This document shows positions 1 through 10,800 of a DNA stretch of 64,000 bases, piece by piece. The first letter of the stretch is position 1. Each line of letters opens with the position of its first letter. Below the pieces are notes generated by a model that worked only from the letters and a program-made list of their open reading frames with translations, searched no databases and had not been told where the DNA came from. The DNA is from Takakia lepidozioides (taxonomy: Eukaryota > Plantae > Bryophyta), in NCBI GenBank assembly GCA_030704615.1, contig CM060733.1, positions 50,344,001 through 50,408,000 on the forward strand. Reading direction: 5' to 3'. A program made the translations under genes and the position numbers.

Positions 1-34
1 GGAGAGTGAGTGCAGTAGAAAACTCGACCAAACT

Positions 35-3000
35 ATGATGGGAACTCCGGGAACTAACTTTGTAGACGTGTTCTATGATGATGAGGATGATGTACTCGCA
101 GAGATGACAGATCTGATGTCACGAAATAGTATCAATGAAGTCAGACTTCCAAGGACACGCATACCTGTCCAGAGTCCGATTGTTGAACCTACAGGGTCAC
201 CAGAAAGGAATAGTGAGAGCAGTGAACAGCCAAGCAAGACCAAGAGTGAAATCTACCCAAAGAACAATTTCAAGAATGCTATAGAAGGAGGTACGAAATC
301 CAGAATCTTGAACCACTTCTACAAAGGGAGAATATCGTTGTCGCCCATGGACCTGATCATGACTGTGCCCGGAGAGCTAGACAAATTGAAAGGGCTGGTC
401 AAAGTGGTGGAAAGAGCAATGGTACAACAAAGGGAGACAACTCACAGTGTAGAAGTTGTGAAGGATGTACCAAGGCCTTTGTACTCAGCACACGCTGAGC
501 CCACGATCTCGTATGCTTATACTGGTAAGGTTAAAGCGCTTCATGTAATGATTACAATGGGAGATTACCAAGTATTAGGCCAGATTGACACTGGTGCCAT
601 GCTTTCTGTAATATCAGCTAGTACAGTCAGGGATCTGGGTTTGATGGGATCTGTCATTACTAGTAAGGATGTGAATTACAGAGTAGCCTCAGGTGCTCTT
701 GAGACTGCAATGGGCAGACTTGAGGACATCAAGGTCAAAGTAGGAGAACTAACCAATCGTTTGTCCTTTATGGTGGTGAACACGGATACATATCACATGC
801 TGCTAGGATTGGACTTTCTCAAAAAGTTTGGCGCTGTAGTGGACACCGAAGCTGAAACAATTCGCGTACGCTATGGGCCAGGAAAGGATTTTGCTCACTT
901 CCCTTTGCACACCATCAATTATAATGAGCCTGCAGTTACCAAAACAGCCTACCATAGAGGGGTCGAGAGTAGAATGAGATATGCAAGCAGTACGTCAGCA
1001 GGTAATGTCCTAACCCTGACGTCAGATGAACAGTACCTAGGCTTGTGGGAGAAGAAAAGAAAACCAGAGGAAGAATATGAGGACACGGAGGAAGCATCCT
1101 CAGGTTCTGACACCTCTAAATCTGATAAAGATGAGGAGATGGGAGGCTCTGAGGAGAGTAAGGAGGTAGAAACAGCACTGAGGGATGTTGAGGAAATAAT
1201 AGACGATGTCAACCTAGGGGAGGACTTGTTCGAGGACCAAGGGATGTCTGAACTCCTTCAGGAAGAGACCCATAAGAGCATGGCTGCTGCCATAATACAG
1301 GAAGCTTATCAGAAAGCTTGGAATGGTGAACTAGGGAACAACAACCTAGAAATAGAGGATGACTTCCATGATTGGAATCAGGTTGTCACACAAGAGGAAC
1401 GACAGAGAATGGCTAACTCTGTAAGCCAGGTGGAGGGAAAGAATTGGGAACCCAGTCAAGAGGAAGAAATGGAGAGTCGTTGGAGAAGTCTGAAATCCAG
1501 ACTGCACATCAACCCAGAACTGGCCCCAGAACATAGGATAGAGCTTGAGCAAGAGCTGAAAGCAAACCAGGAATGCTTTGCTCTTAGCAAGGCTGACTTG
1601 GGATACTGCAGTGAGGTAGAACACACAATTGACACACAAGGTTTTCCCCCTTGCAGAAGTCGTCCCAGCCGCCTATCAGAATGGGAGGAAGACGAGGTCC
1701 AAGGACAAATTGAGACTTTGATCTCACAAGGCAAGATGAGAGAGAGTAGTTCAGAATGGTCGTGTCCAGTTACCCTTCCACCAAAAAAGGATGGATCCAA
1801 GCGGTTTTGTGGTGATTTTAGGCCAGTAAACCGTTTGACCAGAAGGGACTCTTACCCTATGCCATTAATTCAGGATGTTTTAAACCAGTTGGGGAAAGCC
1901 AAGTGGTTTTCTGCGCTGGATTTACAATCTGGTTTTTGGCAGATCAAAATGGACGACCGAGACATAGGCAAAACAGCGGTGATCACAAAGAAGGGATTGT
2001 ATGAATGGCTGGTCATGCCATTCGGGCTAAAAAATGCCACTGCTACCTTTCAGAGAACAATGAATAGAGTGCTCAAGGAAGAAATCAAAGATTGCGCTAA
2101 GGTGTTTGTAGATGACGTCAATATCCATAGCAAGGACTGGGGAGATCACGTGGGACATATAAAGAGAGTATTGAGCAAGGTTAGAAAGGCCAATCTTAGG
2201 CTCAATCCGGACAAGTGTTACTTTGCCAACTTACAGTTGGTATTCCTTGGGCATGTGATCTCTGAAGAAGGAACGTGGCCTGATCCAGATAAGATAGCTG
2301 CTATTGAAAGGTTTCCCTTGCCCAAAAACCACACTGCTCTCAAAAGCTACTTAGGCATGACAGGGTACTATAGGCCCTATGTCAAAGGATATGCTGGAGT
2401 GGCAGTACCCTTGTTCACTCTAACCAAGAAGGATGTAAAGTTTATCTGGAGTGCAGAGGCACAAAACGCTTTTTCTACCTTACAGGTGAAGTTGGTAACT
2501 GCTCCCATCCTGGCAAGACCAGATTTCTCAAGACCGTTCGTCTTGGATGTTGACTGGTCCATCAAAGGAGTAGGGGCAGTCTTGTCACAAAAGGAGTATA
2601 AAAAGGAGAGGGTCATTGCATACGCCAGTAAGGTACTATCTGATGCTCAGCGCAAATATCACCCTATGGAGGGTGAATGCTATGCACTGGTGTGGGGAGT
2701 ATTACATTTTCGACAGTACCTGTATGGAACCCCTTTTGTAATCAGGACTGATCACAAACCACTGGAATGGTTGGCAACGGTAAGTGACGCATATGGACGC
2801 AGGGGTAGATGGATCATGATGTTACAAGATTTTGAGTTTAAAATTGTTCACAGAGCAGGTGCTAGGCATGCTAACGTAGATGCACTAAGCAGGTATCCAG
2901 TGGGACCAGCTGAGGAAACCGAGGAAATCGAGGTATACTCTACTTCTCTGTACAGTCAGAAAAGAGAAGGGAGAAAGAGGGATGGAGCCTATCTTCTTAA

Positions 3001-4006
3001 GTTAGCTTGGGATAGGGGTGCCATCAATGCTTCATTATTTCAATTTAAGGAGGGGAAGGAGGAGTTGAGAGAAGAAGCTCATAGGCAAGTAGGGTATAGC
3101 AGTGAAAAAGGGGAGATGATTTGCAAAAGAGAAGAGTACTATGCATGTGTATGGGGCCTTTGGCACTTCAAGGAAATACTGTTGGGAAGTCATTTTTCTT
3201 TAGAAACAGATCTAGATCCATATTGGTGGCTATACTCAGAGCACCACATAGGCATAGACTTACTTGGTGATTTTTCATTTGAGTTCGTTCCGGGTATAGT
3301 AAGATCTTCCACAGGTGGAATGTTGACCAAGGATCATGGCATATTGAAAGGAGAACTGAAACCAGGCATAATGCCAGATGGAGAAGGAAAGAGGGTGACT
3401 TTTGCTGCACAGACTTTTGCTACAAAAAAAAAACAAGGAAAGGGTATTGATCAATCAAGCTCTGTCAATCTGGTGAGGGAGGGTATTTGGAAGGATAAGG
3501 GTGCAGGAAGGATAGAGGCTACTGCAATCAGCAACAAGGAAAAGGAGCATCTGATGCCCTCTTGTCCCACCATCCATGTGATTACCCGAGGATCTTGTGC
3601 TCGTGATAAGCAGCTGAGCGAGGTACATCCAGCCTGTGAACTTGTGGAAGAGAGATTGAACAATGAAAAGGGAAGCTTGCAAGGGACACCATTCCTTCAA
3701 CACTTGACAAGCACTCCAACAACAAGAAGAACGCGGGGACTTCCTCATCAGAATGCCCAGCCAAGAAAAACATGGGGGGTGAGTGTTCCACCAAGACGTT
3801 TTGTTCTTCAGACAGTGATGGAACAAGTGGTTCAGAACAAGACACTTCTTCTTGCAACAAGATTGATGAAGCGGACTGGGTACCATGGACCACACCCACC
3901 AAAGCTACTCAGATGTCATTATTACGTGAGGCTGAAAGATGTGGGAAAAGCTCTCTACTCAGCTCTGACCATCATACAGCAGCTGTTAGGAGGAAAGGCA
4001 ACCTGA
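35..4006 (+). CDS. Gypsy polyprotein: aspartic protease, reverse transcriptase, RNase H and a second degenerate RNase H
   Basis: IDTGA protease motif; RT motifs LDLQSGFWQI, MPFGLKNA, FVDD; RNase H LDVDWS...ECYALVWG...TDHKPL...VDALSR; the C-terminal tail is probably frameshifted. Confidence 0.92.
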   Translation: MMGTPGTNFVDVFYDDEDDVLAEMTDLMSRNSINEVRLPRTRIPVQSPIVEPTGSPERNSESSEQPSKTKSEIYPKNNFKNAIEGGTKSRILNHFYKGRISLSPMDLIMTVPGELDKLKGLVKVVERAMVQQRETTHSVEVVKDVPRPLYSAHAEPTISYAYTGKVKALHVMITMGDYQVLGQIDTGAMLSVISASTVRDLGLMGSVITSKDVNYRVASGALETAMGRLEDIKVKVGELTNRLSFMVVNTDTYHMLLGLDFLKKFGAVVDTEAETIRVRYGPGKDFAHFPLHTINYNEPAVTKTAYHRGVESRMRYASSTSAGNVLTLTSDEQYLGLWEKKRKPEEEYEDTEEASSGSDTSKSDKDEEMGGSEESKEVETALRDVEEIIDDVNLGEDLFEDQGMSELLQEETHKSMAAAIIQEAYQKAWNGELGNNNLEIEDDFHDWNQVVTQEERQRMANSVSQVEGKNWEPSQEEEMESRWRSLKSRLHINPELAPEHRIELEQELKANQECFALSKADLGYCSEVEHTIDTQGFPPCRSRPSRLSEWEEDEVQGQIETLISQGKMRESSSEWSCPVTLPPKKDGSKRFCGDFRPVNRLTRRDSYPMPLIQDVLNQLGKAKWFSALDLQSGFWQIKMDDRDIGKTAVITKKGLYEWLVMPFGLKNATATFQRTMNRVLKEEIKDCAKVFVDDVNIHSKDWGDHVGHIKRVLSKVRKANLRLNPDKCYFANLQLVFLGHVISEEGTWPDPDKIAAIERFPLPKNHTALKSYLGMTGYYRPYVKGYAGVAVPLFTLTKKDVKFIWSAEAQNAFSTLQVKLVTAPILARPDFSRPFVLDVDWSIKGVGAVLSQKEYKKERVIAYASKVLSDAQRKYHPMEGECYALVWGVLHFRQYLYGTPFVIRTDHKPLEWLATVSDAYGRRGRWIMMLQDFEFKIVHRAGARHANVDALSRYPVGPAEETEEIEVYSTSLYSQKREGRKRDGAYLLKLAWDRGAINASLFQFKEGKEELREEAHRQVGYSSEKGEMICKREEYYACVWGLWHFKEILLGSHFSLETDLDPYWWLYSEHHIGIDLLGDFSFEFVPGIVRSSTGGMLTKDHGILKGELKPGIMPDGEGKRVTFAAQTFATKKKQGKGIDQSSSVNLVREGIWKDKGAGRIEATAISNKEKEHLMPSCPTIHVITRGSCARDKQLSEVHPACELVEERLNNEKGSLQGTPFLQHLTSTPTTRRTRGLPHQNAQPRKTWGVSVPPRRFVLQTVMEQVVQNKTLLLATRLMKRTGYHGPHPPKLLRCHYYVRLKDVGKALYSALTIIQQLLGGKAT

Positions 4007-4007
4007 T

Positions 4008-5312
4008 GTGCTTGATGATGTGGAGGTCATGCACCTCTTATGTTTTGGAGAAGTCAATGACTACCTGACAAAGGAGGAGAGCAAGAGAGTCAAGAGGCGG
4101 GCAAGGCAGTACTCCTATCTCAAAGGTGAGGTCTACTTTGATGGAAGGGTAGTTCCACCAAAGACTGACAGAGGGGCAATAATCACTGAAGTACATGAAA
4201 CCACTGGCCACTTTGGAGTCAGAAGAACACAAGAGGAGATATGCCGACGTTATTTCTGGCATGATAGAACAAAACTCATCAGGCAAGTACTCAAGGGCTG
4301 TGGTAAATGTCAGATGGCCAAACAGAACGGAGTGTTGCGCTCAGGTAGCTCAAAACTTCATAGCATTCCAGTAGTGGATCTGTTTTTCAGAGTTGCAATT
4401 GACACGGCAGGACCATTACCTATAACCAGCAGGGGCAATCAGTACTTTCTGGTGGCAATCGATCACTTCTCAAAATGGATAGAAGCTGCACCAGTGGCAG
4501 ATCATACAGCAGCCCTTGCTGCCCGCTTTCTTGAGGAAGAAGTAATTGACAGGTATGGCTGCCCACATACGTTGCTCACTGACAATGGCACAGAGTGGGG
4601 AGGTGAGTTTGAAGATACATGCCACGAATACGGTATAAAGAGGGAGCATAGTGCCCCCTACTGGCCTCAGTGTAACGGTATGGTGGAAAGAGTCATTAAG
4701 TCCATCAAACAGAGCATCACCACCCTAGGAGTTGGAAACGACACTGAGTGGGATCAGAATCTCTATAAGGCCCTGTTTGGTTACAGAATGGGTGTCCATG
4801 CTTCCACTGGGTTCTCACCTTTTCAGGTACTTACTGGTAGAATTCCCAGGCTGGGAATTGACAACAGGTTGCATTTTCTTACAACACCAGTAAATTCTGA
4901 TGGATCTGTAGCAGAAGTCACACTTATGATGCAGCAGAAAATCCAGCTTCTCACAGAGATGAAGGCAAAGCTGCGAAAGAGTGTGAAGAAAGGGCAGCGT
5001 CAACAGGCAAGAGATTATGAAAGAAGGCATCAAACAGGGCATACTTACTGCACGTTGATGGAGAACAGCAAGGTAATGATGTTGAGACCTGGAAAGAGGT
5101 CTTCCATGACATCTCCATGGGAGGGACCCTATGACTTTTTGGGATACAAGGACGCAGGAAGCACAACCAAGACTGGAGAAGCTGCACGAAGATGCAGGTT
5201 GAGAGATGGAGCAGACAAGGAATGGGTAAGAAGTAGGAGGGATTTAAAACCCTTCATACCACCAATAGGTGTTCAGCCGTTAAAGGTGGTCAGTGAGGAC
5301 CCTGACACTTAA
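4008..5312 (+). CDS. Gypsy integrase (out of frame with upstream pol)
   Basis: HETTGH...CGKC zinc finger; IDTAGP, TDNGTEW and NGMVER (DDE triad); WEGPY motif. Confidence 0.92.
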   Translation: MLDDVEVMHLLCFGEVNDYLTKEESKRVKRRARQYSYLKGEVYFDGRVVPPKTDRGAIITEVHETTGHFGVRRTQEEICRRYFWHDRTKLIRQVLKGCGKCQMAKQNGVLRSGSSKLHSIPVVDLFFRVAIDTAGPLPITSRGNQYFLVAIDHFSKWIEAAPVADHTAALAARFLEEEVIDRYGCPHTLLTDNGTEWGGEFEDTCHEYGIKREHSAPYWPQCNGMVERVIKSIKQSITTLGVGNDTEWDQNLYKALFGYRMGVHASTGFSPFQVLTGRIPRLGIDNRLHFLTTPVNSDGSVAEVTLMMQQKIQLLTEMKAKLRKSVKKGQRQQARDYERRHQTGHTYCTLMENSKVMMLRPGKRSSMTSPWEGPYDFLGYKDAGSTTKTGEAARRCRLRDGADKEWVRSRRDLKPFIPPIGVQPLKVVSEDPDT

Positions 5313-5677
5313 AAAAAGGAGACACACTACATATGTAGTGTGAATGCAGGGAGTAAAAATCTCAAGTTTGTGTTTGGCATCAGGTTTCGGCACTACTACA
5401 AAGGGAGTACCCTTCGTGCTAATGAAGGGGAGGAATTGACCATAACTTGAGGTAATTCCATGGAAGGACTATGCTATTTATCTGCCAAGAACAAAATATG
5501 GCTAAGTTATGACATGCACCTTTTTCATCCCTAGGATGAATGATTTTCATCCATGATGTTGAACCCTAGAAGCGGGATGTGAAATTCGAAGGGGAAGAGT
5601 GCGTGGATCTTTTCGCAGCTGCTGCAGTGGTGTTGGCAGCACAGGATATCTGAGAAGGTTCCACCTACGCAAAGGGT

Positions 5678-6055
5678 ATCAGCTTGCTTTTAAGAGAAAT
5701 GTTAAGAGCTCCTGCTTGGCTTTCTGTGCAAGAAGAAGCGGTGCCGCCTTCTTCGTAAGCAATGATCAAACCTGAGGGATCGGGTTTGTGATAAGGGCGG
5801 TGCACCACTGCTGTCGCCATGGTATTTGTGAGCACATTAATGAGGAGATGGAGTGGCTCAGCAGGTGTTGGGGGATGAGAAATGCAGGCTGGTGTGTATT
5901 ATCGCCTCAGGTTGTCAGTGATCAAATCTTGTAGCTGCTGTCTGTTTTTGAGCTGTAGGACCAGATCACTTTGTAAGGGAATCAGCTTGCCTTAAAGAGT
6001 GACGTTGAGGGATCTGGCTTGGCTTTCTGTGCAAGAGGAAGCGGTGCCGCCTTCT
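5678..6055 (+). repeat. Imperfect ~75 bp direct repeat (5678-5752 and 5981-6055) in the Gypsy A 3' region
   Basis: Both copies read atcagcttgc..gcttggctttctgtgcaaga(a/g)gaagcggtgccgccttct. Confidence 0.8.
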
Positions 6056-7614
6056 GGTGTGTATGGCGCTTAAGCTATCTATAAATAAGTTATGTATCTG
6101 CTCTCTGTCTTAAGGGCTGTAGGACCAGATCACCTCATAGGGAGGAAATGCACATGTAGAAGGATAGGGTAGAGGTTGGCAGGCACAAGGATGTGCCAGC
6201 AGCTGAAGCAGAGCCGTCATGCCTTAATGAGGACTGGAATCACGATAAGAAGAAACGTCGGAGATGGCTGACGAGGGAGAGGATAAGGTGCCTTCTTGAC
6301 AGGCAGACCCACCACTTCAAGGAGTATAAGACAGATAAGTTTGAGGAGTGTTGGCCCCCTTTTTTGGGTTTTTGGTTGCTTAGAAATCGCTTTGTGAAGT
6401 TTGAACTGTCTCTTGTATGTAGTAAGAGACACTGACATGTGAGGAAGAAAAAGAGCTTTGTAAATGGAATGAAGACACTGGACTTCAAATCAGGATGGGC
6501 TGGAGATGGATGCACCTGCTATTACATTGTACAGTAGGAAAATGAATGGAAACAGGGTAGACTCGTTGCTGGGACAGAATGGTTACTGTTGTTGTATTCT
6601 TGTTCCTTGTTTCAACGTCATGAGCTTGTACAAACAATCTAGCCTGGGATGTTGACACATTGCAGCCAATGTGGAACTAGCTTAGTAGGTAGAGGAAACC
6701 AGAGAGGGTTAGATAGAACTGTTTGGAAACAACAAGAAGGGATGATGTGGATGGGGCAGAAAAACCAGCATCTGTTTGGGTTTGGATCTGATTCTCAGAG
6801 TGCTCTCAGCCCATGAACCACTGAGGTTCACAGCTGATGGGAAAAAGAGAGCTGTCAGGGTGTGTAAATTGAGACCTGTAGAAGGGTTGAGAGCTGTCTT
6901 GGGCAATGGTTACACCTGGGAAAAGTGGAGTGTGAAGCATCTGTCATTGGCAAGAGAGGGACTGACAAAAGGGCTGATTATATCTTGTGTGACCAAGGTT
7001 GATTTCAATGCTGGGTGCACTGGATGCTTGGCTGAATGCGCATTGCATTGCATCATAGGCATGTTACAGTGGAAAGAGTGAGGAACCCACTTATCCTGAA
7101 AGAAAGAGAGAGGGAGAGAGAAAAGGACACAAGGGAGAGAGTTGACCAGCAAGAGGTTATGATGAGGAATGGATGATTGGGGAGGTAAGATAAAGAAAGC
7201 ATGAAACCATGAAGGGCCAAACTGGTGGGCCTGCAAACTCATGGCAGATCTGCGTTGCCGCCTTCCAAATCGTGATCTTGTTACAAAGGGGATTCCACGT
7301 ATTGTTGACCAAGAGAGCTGCCCACAAGGGCAGTGGTCATCACTGACGTAGGGCTGGTTGCATCACTGAAGACCGCATGGTAACATGGCTGGTGCAGTGT
7401 ATCAGGGAAAGGATGTCGTGTAGAAGTAGAACCACGGGTGAAAACAATACAGACTCCCCATCCATGTCTTCTCTTCCGCTGCGGCGTGGATGAGGATTGT
7501 GCGAACTCTGATCACGAAGGACCTGATGGAAACCCACACCGAGTGACGATGGTTGGATCAGCTGAGAGGGAGAGCTCCTTTCCTTCCCTCCGATTGACCT
7601 AGGGAAGAGCACAA

Positions 7615-7649
7615 CTAGACTTGCACAGAAGGGGATTCACGCCCCTTCT
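7615..7649 (-). other. Helitron-like 3' terminus (hairpin, 8 nt, CTAG, then T)
   Basis: Minus strand reads AGAAGGGG-cgtgaat-CCCCTTCT gtgcaagt CTAG|T. Confidence 0.6.
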
Positions 7650-7885
7650 TTTCACACTACACCCTCCCCTGTTTTGGAAATGCGGTGCCACATTTCCAAA
7701 AGAGGTTTTTAGAGTTGCCAAAATTTTGGAAATGCGGTGCCCCATTTTTGATTTTGGGAGCGTCGTGGTTTGGGCGATTGTGTGGCTGGAATGCACACTG
7801 GAGAGGGGTCACGAATGTCGGGGAGAATTTCCTTTATATACTCTGGAAGAGAATTTACATTTACAGAGACTTCATTAAAATTCTA

Positions 7886-10800
7886 TTAATCTTGAAAATC
7901 ATCCGAATCCTCATCCTGTTCTAGACTGTCCTGCTCCGCCTCCACCCCCTCATTGCCTTTCTCATCTCCAGCGGACTGCTCGTTGGCCAGGCTTTCAAAA
8001 ATCCCATCTTCCCCTTGCGGAACTGTCCATCTCACCTCCGTTGGGTCGTCTTCCTCCCTGTCTGCGTCGCTCTCATCCGCTGAATCACATATGTACTTTC
8101 GTACCCGTCTACCTGTCTGAGATGTTGCCAACTCTTTCCTTATCCTTCTGTCCTCCCTAGCCCTCTCCAAAATCTGCTCTACTTTACTGGGATTCTCACT
8201 TCTTCTAATCGCTGTATTTGCGAGTTTAGCTGCATAACTAGGAAGGGAGTAGTCCCTCACCGGGCTCGTCATGAAGTCGGCCCTCGCAAAGAACGGGACA
8301 TTCTTCCTGGCAGGAAGTGTAGGCCCTACATGTTTCGACCCGGACCCTGCAATCCTGCACATGACAATCATCAACGAGACTAATGAGAACCACAGTCCGG
8401 AAATTCGTTTGACAAAAATGACCCAGAAGGCTTTGCAAACTTACAATGTTTGCACTCACTCGTATTCCGGGTTCTCCTCCGCATCAATGTCCACTGTGTC
8501 TTCCTCGGACTCCAACAAATCCGAGGAGACTTCCGCTCTATTGGGAGCCTTAACATTCCGTTGCAGCCCTTCCAGATGGGATCCCCACACGGATGAATCC
8601 TCCTCGTAGGCAAAGAGGTGCCGGTCGGAAAACCGCCCAGCCCACATTGAGGCACATGTTACAATGCCATCCACACATTACAACATGGCGCTTCAGATGT
8701 TGCGAACTACATCCTAACGAGAATTTGCAGAACAGCATAGATCAAGATTCTGCATACCTGTCCCACAGATGAGGTCGAGCACTGTGCCCTCCACGTCTGT
8801 GCATGTCTCCATAATTGTCTGAATGAAGGCAAGGCTCCGAGTCCGTGAGTACCGCAGGGGTTCCGTTGAAGTGAGGCTATGAGGGAGAAGTTCCTTGGGA
8901 ACGTTGTTGAACAGAACGTCGTAATTGAGGGGGTCGCAGTTTGGGTCAACCTTTCCTCCCTCCTTCCGGAAAGCAAAGGTGGAGTTCTCCTTCACAAAGC
9001 AGTATGCATCGAACTGCTTCGTCTGCATACACAGGGGGGAACGATTAGAAACCGAATGCGGTACCGCATTTGAAAACACCCAAGCAAATGAATGGACGAG
9101 TGCCAGTGTCGTAATCACCTTCTTCCCTTCTGACCGAAGGCCCAGTGTGTTGATGCACGTCCACTTCTTTTTCAGAATTGGGACGGCGCTCTTGCGGGTC
9201 CACTTCGCAATTCCTGTCTAAGTGTTTTTTCCTCTGCTCGCCAGGACAACCACACAGCCTCTGTCGTCCAACACCATGCGGGCAAGCCCGAATCCTTTCT
9301 TCCAAAAGTCCTTCGAGTACCTGTTCCAAGATGGCAAAGCTTGCAGTCCTTCCACAGGCTCTCCGTCCGGAATATCCAAGATGATCATATCGCAAGACCA
9401 CTCGGTGGCATTTTCGCCCCTTCTACAATCCTTGTCTGCACACACCCTCTCAAAGAACGAGACCATATTCTGAAATCCTGGGGTGTCGGAAGGCTCTTCG
9501 GCAGTCACCTTCTTCAGTGCTCTGCCCTTCAGACCCTCCATGGTCTTCATGTATGCCAACTTGGCTGCCCGTCCATCCAAAGCCGCCAAGAAACTCTCAT
9601 TTACACACTGGACTACTGTTTCGAGAGCCACTTTCGGCCTCTTCATTTCCATCGGCTCGAAAGGGTGCCCCCCTGGGGGGTTGAAGAGTGCCTTCTTTGC
9701 CGAGCTAGTTCTCGTGCCTCTCGTGACAACGGTGGGCACAGGGGAGGCAGCCTGCGTTTGGGGGGGTGGGCTGGTTGCAAAGTCTCCATCGGAGTCCTCT
9801 TCCTCACCCTCTTCCTGAACAGGCTGTTTCTGCTTCTTCATTTTGGCGGGTATCACAACAGCTGCTCCTTGCTGGCGAGTCCTCTTCTTCGACCCCTTCT
9901 GTTGGGCCTGCACAGCTGCATCCACCGTCTTTTGTGCCATCTCAGCTGCCTTTCTGGATTCTTCCAGAGCAGCAGATTCCTTTGCCGACTTTGGCCCAGC
10001 AGGGACACGTCTTTCATTTCTCTTCTCTTCTGTCAAGGCGTGCAGATCTTTCTCAGACTCGTCAACAATACCGCCAGACATATCCAGGTACCAGGGGCAT
10101 CCAATGAGATGCGCGGGATGCCATTGCTTCTGCATCTCGGGTGTGTAGACACAGCTTGGGCCCGCCACGGTCCAAGCCATGAAGAACGGGGGCTCTTGAG
10201 CCAGGGCCCCTGTCTGAAGGAGCACGTATTTCATATACCTGCAAGGCAGTCAGCATGCGTGAGCATAAGATTGGACAAACCTACTCGCAGAGTGCCACCG
10301 AAAACATAAAATGCGAATGCGGTGCCGCATTTCGGAGACAAACCTCGTAACCAGGCTTCGCATACAAGGGCAACTATGCTTCACCTGTAAACAATTCGCA
10401 TTGCAGCTTTCCCCGCTCCCTCCTGATGTGTAAACTCCACGCTCCTTCTTGCTGTCTGTAGCTCTCTGGCGAAAAGGTTGTCCTTGTACGCACATCTGAA
10501 ACGTGTCACGTAGTCTTCCAATGTCTGTGTTCCATCCCATTTGACGTACAAGCCAAACGAATTTGTGTGCATTACGACTTGCTCCTTCGCATTCAACATT
10601 ACCTGCGATTCCCAAATGCATTGTCACGTAGCAATTCAGGGAATTCATTTCAGAAAAGCAAATCTGGGGAAGTACCTTGAATTACCTGGAACCACCAAGT
10701 CATGCGGTTGAGCCACACATCCACTGCAGGGTCGGAAACTTCCAGTGGAAAAGACCACATTGTCCTTATGCTCTCGGATGCATTCCAGATCGACAGCCAC

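Larger units (their letters stand above)
1..7614 (+). mobile_element. Ty3/Gypsy retrotransposon A (5' part outside the window; long 3' region cut at 7614)
   Basis: PR-RT-RH-INT domain order in ORFs 35..4006 and 4008..5312; no 3' LTR recognised before the Helitron-like end at 7615. Confidence 0.8.

Noticed and set aside
2101-2120. FVDD instead of YxDD in RT
   Set aside because: FxDD is common in plant Gypsy lineages and is not evidence of novelty.
9341-10309. 322-aa plus-strand ORF
   Set aside because: It is the antisense shadow of the ParB-MTase exon and has no motifs.
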